A DNA stretch of 64,000 nucleotides, taken from Microbacteriaceae bacterium. GTDB taxonomy: Bacteria; Actinomycetota; Actinomycetes; Actinomycetales; Microbacteriaceae. The notes below the pieces were generated by a model, which had not been told where the DNA came from, did not search any database, and saw only the letters and a list, made by a program, of their open reading frames with translations. Positions 56,591 through 64,000 of the stretch are shown in pieces; within the stretch, counting starts at the first letter, position 1, and each line of letters starts with the position of its first letter. The translations under genes and the position numbers were made by a program. The stretch covers positions 2,699 to 66,698 of the forward strand of contig JBILBA010000005.1 in NCBI GenBank assembly GCA_044353905.1, given 5' to 3'.

Positions 56591-56611
56591 TGTTGACATT
56601 TTGTTGACATT
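56591..56611. repeat. tandem direct repeat TGTTGACATT-T-TGTTGACATT
   Basis: Read directly at 56591-56600 and 56602-56611. Each unit contains TTGACA. Confidence 0.85.
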
Positions 56612-56676
56612 AAGTCGAACTGTCTCAAGCCCGAAGCAACTTGATTCACTTAAACCCATTTAAATATGGGAATTAT

Positions 56677-56720
56677 TGGTGGGCCGTGTCGGACTTGAAC
56701 CGACGACCGAACCCCTGTAA
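56677..56720 (-). pseudogene. tRNA 3' fragment (T-arm, acceptor 3' strand, CCA)
   Basis: Minus strand: ...GGGGTTCGGTCGTCGGTTCAAGTCCGACACGGCCCACCA. T-stem GTCGG/CCGAC, loop TTCAAGT. There is no matching 5' half upstream, because the adnB stop codon abuts it at 56721. Confidence 0.7.
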
Positions 56721-59700
56721 CTAGTCGATCGGGGGAAGTGCGTCGAGGCGAGCGAGCCGCTCGGGCTCGACTGACCATTCCCAATCGTGAGCGATGTAAT
56801 ACAACACCGCGTCAACCTCGGTCACGTCGATTGACAACAACGCGGCGAGTGCGCGGCGGTACAACACCAACTGCATCGCCTTGGCATCCTTTTCCGCCTC
56901 GGAAGGTTTCGCTCCGGTCTTCCAATCGACAACAACCCAACGACCGTCGATTCGATACACCGCGTCGATCTTGCACACCACGATGTGTTTGCCCTGGGGA
57001 AGCAAGATTTCCAGTTCGGTGTGCTCGGGTTTCAGTCCCGGCCATCGCGACGCGAGGTAGGCGTCTTTCAGCTTTCGCATTCCGTCATCGGAATCGGGAA
57101 GGTCGTTCGCTTCATCCCATCCGTCAACGAAGTCGTCATCGACGGCACCGCGTTCAATCCACAAGTGCACCTCGGTTCCCAGCCGCGCGGCCCGGTAGGG
57201 GCGTGTGGGAACAGGACGCCGGTTGCCTTCGCGGACTTTGGCAAGGTCCATCGACCACTCGGCATAGCGTGATGCGGGAATTCGCACAGGAATGTCCGCA
57301 GCGCCGAGGGTTTCGTGTGCGAGAAGTTGCTCGATGGCACGAGCATCGGCGGGGTCGACCGAATCCGTTGAGGACTCGATGGCGTGTGCTGCGGCGTCGT
57401 ACGCGGCGCGATGCTTCGCTCGGCCGAGCGGGTCACGCGGGGGCCACTCGACCGCGATTCCGTCGCCGTCGGGGTTGGATTCCGGAACCGGATCGATGAT
57501 CGCCTTGTCCAATAGCCCCGCGGCGTGAAGTTCGTCCCAATAAGTGCTCGGAATCTTGGCCGTCTTGGCTTTGCCCTCGAAATGCGCACCTGAGATCCAG
57601 AGGTGGTGACGCGCGCGCGTCACTCCGACGTACATGAGTCGTCGTTCTTCGGGAAGGATCAATTTGGTTTTGAGTCGAAGCGTGTAGGCGTCGGACTCGG
57701 TGAGGAGCTCGTCGATAGTGGTCGCCGTCTCCCAGTTGAATTCGGGTAGGTACTTGCGGTCGCTGCGGAATTTTCGAGGCAGTGCACCGAGTTGCAACCA
57801 CCCCATCTCGTTGGCCGCTGTGGACTTGTCCCCGCGAAGACTCCCGTTGGCGGGAATGGGTGGTTGTGTCCAACGCGGCAAGGCGACAACATCCCATTCG
57901 AGTCCCTTGGACGAGTGAACGGTCAGCACCTGGACGACTCCGGGTTCCGGTTCGTCGGTTCGCGGTGTCATCCGTTCGCGCTTTTCCACCTCGAAAAGCC
58001 AGCTGACAAAACCGCGAAGCGAATGATCGGACGGAATTGCGAGATACGAGTGGACAAGATCGTCGAAGGCTTCGCGATAGGCGGCCGGTGAATGATGAAG
58101 TGACGCAGCGCCTTCGATATCGAGCTGAAGGGCGGTGGCGGTGAGATTGACCATGTCGGGGATCGAGACGTCGACGTGCGACCGCAGGTCATGGAAGAAC
58201 TCGGCGGCGTTGACGAGCCGTTCCCAACCCTCGTCACTGAACGAGACTCGCTTGTCGTACTCAGCGTCCGTCTCGACGATGTCGCGCGCGGTGTATCGAA
58301 GCGAATCGAGTGCGTCCACGAGCGAGTCGGCTTCGTCCTCGACGAGCGAACTGCCGAGTCGGGCGCGTTGGTCTTTTGTCGTATACGACTTCGCCACGTT
58401 ACGCGCGTGGTTGTGAAGCGACCAGAGGTCGTTGACCGATACTTGCCAGCGTGCTCCGCCGAGAAGGCGAACAAGTCGCGCGCCTTTGCCCGGGTCCGCA
58501 ACGACCGAAAGTCCGCAGTACAAATCCGCGATGAATGGGTTGCCCAAAATGCCGGCCACACCCAAGAGGCGATACGGGACATTGTTGTCGTCAAATGCGC
58601 GAAGAAACGTGTCGAGATGCGTGCGGGTTTGAATGAGCATTGCCATTGTTGGTGGCAAGTCGGATGCTTTTCGTCCCGACGTGGCCGGGTCGAGGTGTCG
58701 CTGGAACCACTTCGCCAGGCGATCTGCTTCGACTGACGTGCTCGCGGCGAAGGTGCCCTCGATGTCAAATCCAGACGCGCCAGGGAACGAGTTCAGTCGA
58801 TCGACGTCCAGGGGGTTTTGTTCGGTGCGATTGTCGAGAATGACGTTCGCCGCCGCCAGGATTGAGGTTCCGTTTCGCCACGAGGTGACGAGCGGTCGAT
58901 GTGTGCGCTCACCTTCGGCAACTCGGAAGTCATCGTGGAACGACGCCACGTTCGCGGGGCTCGCACCGCGCCAACCATAAATCGATTGATTCGGATCGCC
59001 GACGGCCGTGACGCGCTCGGGACCGAAGAGTTCTGAAAACAAACTTGTCTGCGAAAACGACGTGTCCTGGTATTCGTCGAGGATGACGACCTTGAAGCGG
59101 TCGCGGTACGACTGAGCGACACTCGGGAACTGCTGGATGATGCGACGAGCAAAAGTTACTTGATCCGAGAATTCGACCACGCCTCGGCGCTGTTTTTCGA
59201 GGATGAACCCCCGAGCGAGGGGAAGCAATACCTCCAGCGCACCGACAGCGTTCAACTTCGCTCGGAACTTTTCGGTGTCGAGCGTTGACTTTCCGGGTAG
59301 TTCGCGACGCTCCGCAACCGCGCGCGCGTAGGTGATGACCTCGTCGTCATTCGTGACGTCGAATTCACCCAGTTCCGCCGCCAGTCGAATGACCGCATCG
59401 ATCACGGCATCGAGTGAAAAGTCGTACTCGCCAAGGCGGGGATCGGTGCACGCGGTCACAACCTCGCGGGCAATCGCATACGCCGTCGCGTCGGTGATCA
59501 CGGGCGAATCGGAGTCCCACCCGATTCGAGCGGCGTGCTCGGCAAAGATTTCCGAGGCGAAAGCGTTGTAGGTGGACACGGTCGGTGTCGCAAACCCGTG
59601 GTCGTCGTCGGACAGGTGGTCGATGTTGACGCCCAGTGCCGCAAACTCGGCGCGACGGCTTCGAAGGAGCGTGATTCGTCGTCGGAACCGCTCCGCAAGT

Positions 59701-59936
59701 TCACGGGCCGCCTTTCGGGTGAAGGTCAACCCGAGAACTTCCTCCGGCCGAATCCCCCGGGTCGCGACGAGCCACAGCGCGCGCAGCGACATGGTTTCTG
59801 TCTTGCCACTTCCAGCGCCCGCCAGGACAAGGTGGATGCCCTCGGGGCTCATGTCGATGACGTCGGCTTGTTCTGGAACGGGTTCGAACCCGAGTCCGAG
59901 GAGTTTGTCCAACATGCGGGGATCGAGATTATTCAT
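56721..59936 (-). CDS. adnB: ATP-dependent helicase-nuclease subunit (UvrD-like motor + RecB-type PD-(D/E)xK nuclease), AdnB-like
   Basis: 1071 aa. Walker A AGAGSGKTE, ILDEYQDTS, and the C-terminal nuclease motif KIDAVY...VVVDWKTG...QLVLYR. Confidence 0.75.
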   Translation of the reverse strand: MNNLDPRMLDKLLGLGFEPVPEQADVIDMSPEGIHLVLAGAGSGKTETMSLRALWLVATRGIRPEEVLGLTFTRKAARELAERFRRRITLLRSRRAEFAALGVNIDHLSDDDHGFATPTVSTYNAFASEIFAEHAARIGWDSDSPVITDATAYAIAREVVTACTDPRLGEYDFSLDAVIDAVIRLAAELGEFDVTNDDEVITYARAVAERRELPGKSTLDTEKFRAKLNAVGALEVLLPLARGFILEKQRRGVVEFSDQVTFARRIIQQFPSVAQSYRDRFKVVILDEYQDTSFSQTSLFSELFGPERVTAVGDPNQSIYGWRGASPANVASFHDDFRVAEGERTHRPLVTSWRNGTSILAAANVILDNRTEQNPLDVDRLNSFPGASGFDIEGTFAASTSVEADRLAKWFQRHLDPATSGRKASDLPPTMAMLIQTRTHLDTFLRAFDDNNVPYRLLGVAGILGNPFIADLYCGLSVVADPGKGARLVRLLGGARWQVSVNDLWSLHNHARNVAKSYTTKDQRARLGSSLVEDEADSLVDALDSLRYTARDIVETDAEYDKRVSFSDEGWERLVNAAEFFHDLRSHVDVSIPDMVNLTATALQLDIEGAASLHHSPAAYREAFDDLVHSYLAIPSDHSLRGFVSWLFEVEKRERMTPRTDEPEPGVVQVLTVHSSKGLEWDVVALPRWTQPPIPANGSLRGDKSTAANEMGWLQLGALPRKFRSDRKYLPEFNWETATTIDELLTESDAYTLRLKTKLILPEERRLMYVGVTRARHHLWISGAHFEGKAKTAKIPSTYWDELHAAGLLDKAIIDPVPESNPDGDGIAVEWPPRDPLGRAKHRAAYDAAAHAIESSTDSVDPADARAIEQLLAHETLGAADIPVRIPASRYAEWSMDLAKVREGNRRPVPTRPYRAARLGTEVHLWIERGAVDDDFVDGWDEANDLPDSDDGMRKLKDAYLASRWPGLKPEHTELEILLPQGKHIVVCKIDAVYRIDGRWVVVDWKTGAKPSEAEKDAKAMQLVLYRRALAALLSIDVTEVDAVLYYIAHDWEWSVEPERLARLDALPPID

Positions 59937-62900
59937 CAGAGCTCACCTCCGGGATTCGGACCCATGTGGTTTCGAGGTCGCGAACACCCGAATACTCGGG
60001 CGCGGTTTCGGGTCCGGTGAACCGTTCGGAATGCATCGCCACGCCCATGGCGATGACCGTGGTGGTGAAATCGTCGAGCGCGGCGGCATCCATCGCCGAC
60101 TGGGTGCGAACGGTGTACAACGAGTTCTTGTTGGCAACGCGGGGGTACAGCAGTCCGGCCGAGTGAAGTTTGGTTGCTTCGGCCACGGCGTCACCCAGCG
60201 CCTTGTGGCTGAAGGCGAGTTGGTAGGCCTTCAGTTGCAAATGAGCTTCAGTGGCTTTGACCGATTGTGGCGTTTTCGCCGTCTTGACATCGATGATGGA
60301 CACCGATCCGTCCGAATGTTGCTCAACTCGGTCGATTGTTCCCCCCACCACGATGTCAAGGCCGCCCTTCGCGTTCGTGGTGAGAGTGACGGTGGTGAAT
60401 TTTTCGCTGTCCAGAACCCGCCTGCCATCGAGCGCCACGTCGCGAACGTAATCCGCGAGCGCATCAATCATGGACCGCGTCGTCGCGAGCCATTGCATGC
60501 GAAGCCAGGGCGCGTCGAAGTTGACTTCGTTCCACTTTTCTTCGACAGCGGCCCACATCTCGTCGCGAGTGCCATCGGGGGCAACTTCGATTGCGCGGTG
60601 AACGAGGGTGCCGATCGCTGCGCTCAACCCGGATGCGCCGCCGGCCACGCTGGAAACGAACCAGTCGAGCGCGGATTTTTCGAAGGTGTCCAGGTTGGAT
60701 GGCGACACGGGCACGTGAGTACCCGAGAACAATTCGATCGGGGTCGTTTGGCGATACCCGATCCAGGTGTCGGGATGAGCGCCCGCAACCCCTCGATTCG
60801 CCAGTTCACGGAGAGCCGCGGCGCATCGTGCCCGTTCGGCCGCCGAGGTGGTCGATGACAGGAGCAGGTGTCGGAGGCGCCCGACCATGTCCCCGATGCT
60901 GGCGTCGATGTTTTCGGGGACGAACACCCCGCCGCGGGCATTTGCTGCGGGAATCGCGCGAGAAAGGTCATCACCTGCGGATTTTTCGCCGGCGACCATT
61001 CGAAACAATCCGCTCGGCGTTTCGTCTTCTGATTGAATCGCGGTGACCAGCATTCGATGCCGCGCCCGCGACATCGCGACGAGGAACAATCGCACCTCAT
61101 CAAAAATCACGTCGCGCCGGTGATCCACCGTTCGCTGGTCGATTCCCGCGTGAACCAACGCGAGTTCGTTGGCTTTGAGCAGCGCGCTGCGGGCACGCGT
61201 GTTGGGCCACACGCCGTCGTTCAGTCCCGCGACCACGACAACGTCGAACTCGCGACCGACCGTCGCCGACGGCGTGCACACCAGAACCGAGCCAGAAGTC
61301 GCGCGGGGCGTGAGTGAGTCGTTGGGCACGGTTTGCCCGAGCACGCGGTCGAGGAAGACATCGGCGGATTCCGTCGGAACGTTCTCGAGCGACGTCGCAG
61401 CGACACCGAACAGCGTCATGATCGCATCAAGCGATTCGTGTGCCTTGACCGCGGCGGGCCCGGTGCCGAGTGTCGCCGTCGCCCACGACTTTGCCCGATC
61501 GCTGCGTGCCCAGACGGCCCACAGAAGTTCGTCGATCTGCCGATCGGCCACGAGCCGGAGCGCCCGTAACGTGTCGACAATCCAGCGCACGCCGGGGGCA
61601 GCGAATTTCACCTCGGTTTCGAATGTTCCGAGTTCCGTGAGCGCCTCGAGCATGAGGTCATCCGCGAGCCGATTTCCGCCCGACGCAATTTCGGCCTTAC
61701 GGAGGTTTCGCCGGAACCGCCGCAGATCGAGAGTTGTCAGTCGACCGAATGGGCCGAGCAGTAATTCCTGCGCGAGTTCGGCGGTCAACGGTTCGCGCCC
61801 AATTCCGATGCTGATGAGGTTGAGGAGGGACCAAACTGCCGGGTGGTCGCGAAGGGGCGAACCCGTCGTTTCGGAGAAAGTGGGAATTGACATCGAATTG
61901 AGGTGGGTCACCATCGATTCGGCCATCGACCCGCTCCGGACGATGACGGCGATGTCACCGTAGGAGGTCCCGCGCGCAACTGCGTCGCGGATATAGCGGG
62001 ACACGACGTCACGTTCGTGCGCCGGCGAGGCTGCGGTCGCGCTGAGCAAATCGAAACCCGGAAGAGATCGAGCGACGGTTGGTTCGGGGGCGCTGGGGTA
62101 CGCACGACGAATTTCCGGCACACCACCGCCGATCGTTGATGCGATTGAACCGAGGAGAGAGGGCATGACGCCGCCTTGACGATGAATCGTCGTGAGGGCG
62201 TGGGTGGAACCCCACGTGACATCAGCGTCGTCCAGGAATGTGACGTGACCGCCACGGAACCCCGAGGTCGCGACGTCCGGGTCTCCGGCGGCGATGACCG
62301 GGCCGCGATGTTTCGCCCAGGAAATCACAAACCGCCATTGTGATGGAGTGAGGTCGTGCGCATCGTCAACCACAAGCGCCATGCGCGGCGCGTCGGACGC
62401 CGTTGATTCAACGATGTTCCGAGCGCGGTCAACCAGTTCGGCAGGGTCGACCTGGCCGGCGCGCGAGCGCGCGACAAGGCGTCGGTAGGTCGTGAAAAAG
62501 TTCGCCGCAGCAGCCCATCCCGCGTAGGGGCTTTCCGAGTCGTCCGAACGCGTCGATGCGAGTTCTGCCGTGGCCGCGAGGTTCGCGAGCGCCGCGAATG
62601 GAGCATCGCTGGATTCGTCGACCAGCCCGAGGTCGCGGCTGCGTGATAAGAGATCGCGAAGTTGGGTGCGGAATTCGCGAAGGCGACGAACGTCGGCGTT
62701 GAGCGACGCAGGCCAGTACCCGTCCGTGCCGTCAGCGATTTCTCCGTCGAGAAGTGCCTTGATGTCAGAGTCTTGTTCTCCGCCGGACATGAGTCGAGCG
62801 GTGAAACCGTTGCCCTGTTCTGCGCTGACGATTTCGAAGGCGAGCGACGAAACGCTGCGTGCGAGGGGGCCGCGGGTGGCCACACCGACCCGAAGCGCGA

Positions 62901-63108
62901 CGAGGTCTCGAAGGCGCGTCGCCGCTTGGCGGGACGGTGTGAGGATTCGGACCGCGGATTCACCATCCCGCGCGATGAGGGCCGCGACGATTTCGGTGAC
63001 CACCGTTGTCTTGCCGGAACCCGGCGCTCCGACGATGCGGAAATGGACACCCGACGCCGCAGCGGAAACGGCTGCGCGTTGGGATTCATCCATTTCGAAA
63101 GTTGTCAT
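59929..63108 (-). CDS. adnA: ATP-dependent helicase-nuclease subunit, AdnA-like
   Basis: 1059 aa. Walker A GAPGSGKTT and C-terminal nuclease motif GTIDRVE...IIDVKTAK...QLKAYQ. Overlaps the adnB start by 8 nt. Confidence 0.75.
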   Translation of the reverse strand: MTTFEMDESQRAAVSAAASGVHFRIVGAPGSGKTTVVTEIVAALIARDGESAVRILTPSRQAATRLRDLVALRVGVATRGPLARSVSSLAFEIVSAEQGNGFTARLMSGGEQDSDIKALLDGEIADGTDGYWPASLNADVRRLREFRTQLRDLLSRSRDLGLVDESSDAPFAALANLAATAELASTRSDDSESPYAGWAAAANFFTTYRRLVARSRAGQVDPAELVDRARNIVESTASDAPRMALVVDDAHDLTPSQWRFVISWAKHRGPVIAAGDPDVATSGFRGGHVTFLDDADVTWGSTHALTTIHRQGGVMPSLLGSIASTIGGGVPEIRRAYPSAPEPTVARSLPGFDLLSATAASPAHERDVVSRYIRDAVARGTSYGDIAVIVRSGSMAESMVTHLNSMSIPTFSETTGSPLRDHPAVWSLLNLISIGIGREPLTAELAQELLLGPFGRLTTLDLRRFRRNLRKAEIASGGNRLADDLMLEALTELGTFETEVKFAAPGVRWIVDTLRALRLVADRQIDELLWAVWARSDRAKSWATATLGTGPAAVKAHESLDAIMTLFGVAATSLENVPTESADVFLDRVLGQTVPNDSLTPRATSGSVLVCTPSATVGREFDVVVVAGLNDGVWPNTRARSALLKANELALVHAGIDQRTVDHRRDVIFDEVRLFLVAMSRARHRMLVTAIQSEDETPSGLFRMVAGEKSAGDDLSRAIPAANARGGVFVPENIDASIGDMVGRLRHLLLSSTTSAAERARCAAALRELANRGVAGAHPDTWIGYRQTTPIELFSGTHVPVSPSNLDTFEKSALDWFVSSVAGGASGLSAAIGTLVHRAIEVAPDGTRDEMWAAVEEKWNEVNFDAPWLRMQWLATTRSMIDALADYVRDVALDGRRVLDSEKFTTVTLTTNAKGGLDIVVGGTIDRVEQHSDGSVSIIDVKTAKTPQSVKATEAHLQLKAYQLAFSHKALGDAVAEATKLHSAGLLYPRVANKNSLYTVRTQSAMDAAALDDFTTTVIAMGVAMHSERFTGPETAPEYSGVRDLETTWVRIPEVSSDE

Positions 63109-63154
63109 TGACTCGACTGTACAACTGAGCTCTGACGCCTATTAGCCTTGAGGC

Positions 63155-63376
63155 ATGGACATTCGTATTGGAATTCAACACGCCCCCCGCGAACTCGCTT
63201 TCGACACGGACGCGAGCGTCGCCGACATCGAGCAGAAGTACACCGCCGCTCTCGCTGCGAACGGTGTTCTTCGACTCAACGACGCCAAGGGTCAGGAATA
63301 CCTGATCGCCGCGAACAGTGTCACCTACATCGAATTCGGCACCGCCCAGTCGCGGCCCGTCGGTTTCGTTTCTTAG
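63155..63376 (+). CDS. DUF3107 domain protein (Rv3208A/TB9.4-like)
   Basis: 73 aa. MDIRIGIQHAPRELAFDTD...YIEFG. Confidence 0.75.
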   Translation: MDIRIGIQHAPRELAFDTDASVADIEQKYTAALAANGVLRLNDAKGQEYLIAANSVTYIEFGTAQSRPVGFVS

Positions 63377-64000
63377 GCAGTCAAACCCAGCGCATCCATT
63401 CGTAACGAATGAGATGCGATGAGCTCGGTGAAGACCGGCCCGAGGCCATCCTCTTTGGGTGCCGGGTTCGGGTTCGCCAGCAGAGCGCTCTCGGCCATGA
63501 GCATCGTGTCGCCGACCAGCCGTCTCGACCACATCGCCAGGGTGGGTCGTAGCCCGGGTTCGAGGGCGATGCGGCGTTCCAGCTCCGTTCGAAGGACGTC
63601 GATCATCTTGTCACCGTCGAGCGCCGCAATGACATCAGCCCGAACCTTCTTCGGAAGACCCTGAGCGAGTCGACGCCAAAAATCCTGAAGGAACGCCATC
63701 GTCACCCAGGTACACGCCAGTCGCTCGACCCAGTTTCGTCCGCGAGTCCGTCGTTCAAACTCCCTCGTCGGTGCGATGAACGGGCTCATCGCCGCGACGC
63801 GATCCAATTTCAACTTGTCCAACGTCGCGGCCAGGCTCGAAAATCGCACAAAGCACTCCTCGGCGACAATCGCGAGCGTCGATTCCGTTTCGAGATCGGT
63901 CGCGTCGTGGGCGTGACGTGCCGCGGACTCGGCGTAGCGGAGAAACAAATAAGCACTCTGTCCGAGAAAGACATCGGGGGTCGGCGCGAGGTTGGTGAAT
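63373..64000 (-). CDS. ferritin-like/helical hypothetical protein, 5' end beyond window
   Basis: ORF track gives 63373..63948 from a TTG. The frame stays open to the window edge (…FTNLAPTPDVFLGQSAYLFLRYAE…), so the real start is probably outside the window. Confidence 0.5.
   Translation of the reverse strand, partial: FTNLAPTPDVFLGQSAYLFLRYAESAARHAHDATDLETESTLAIVAEECFVRFSSLAATLDKLKLDRVAAMSPFIAPTREFERRTRGRNWVERLACTWVTMAFLQDFWRRLAQGLPKKVRADVIAALDGDKMIDVLRTELERRIALEPGLRPTLAMWSRRLVGDTMLMAESALLANPNPAPKEDGLGPVFTELIASHSLRMDALGLTA

Noticed and set aside
55531-56720. Idea that recombination across the 13-bp repeats would regenerate a functional tRNA-Met
   Set aside because: The reconstructed molecule would pair only about 4 of 7 acceptor positions and has a mismatched anticodon stem (TCGGA/TCCAT). 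The halves are therefore degenerate or come from different tRNAs.
1-64000. Scanned the intergenic regions by eye for CRISPR-like repeat arrays, IS inverted repeats, integrase/transposase genes and toxin-antitoxin pairs
   Set aside because: None found. The only repeats seen are the two short tandem repeats and the 13-bp direct repeats reported above.

Overview
High-GC, densely coding actinobacterial chromosome segment with about 70 genes. Gene order and the tmRNA tag suggest Micrococcales/Microbacteriaceae. Most of it is core housekeeping in blocks that match well-known M. tuberculosis neighbourhoods: (a) sigH-rshA / aroA / rsgA; (b) tmRNA-smpB-ftsX-ftsE-prfB; (c) rdgB-rph-murI-pncB; (d) UPF0182 / PDZ-Lon-like / Zn-protease / uvrD2-like / adnAB / DUF3107. 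RNA genes are tmRNA (tag ANAKRTDFALAA), tRNA-Leu(TAG) and initiator tRNA-Met. I saw no rRNA, CRISPR array, intact integrase or transposase. Three accessory parts stand out. (1) A ~9 kb amine-catabolism-like island (24.6-33.6 kb) encodes a cytochrome P450, a small ferredoxin, a glutamine-synthetase-like ligase, a signal-peptide-less SBP-like protein, a PuuD-like gamma-glutamyl hydrolase, an APC permease, a GntR regulator coupled to a standalone Cache-like protein, and an aldehyde dehydrogenase. It sits inside a Tad/Flp pilus locus and separates two TadE-like genes from tadE-flp-tadC-tadB-tadA. (2) A ~1.15 kb visibly low-GC segment (55.5-56.7 kb) is bounded by identical 13-bp direct repeats that lie in two tRNA-like fragments in permuted order. 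(3) A low-GC small membrane ORF lies next to the ssrA 3' end. All functional calls come from reading the translated ORFs by eye for motifs and synteny. No database search was run.
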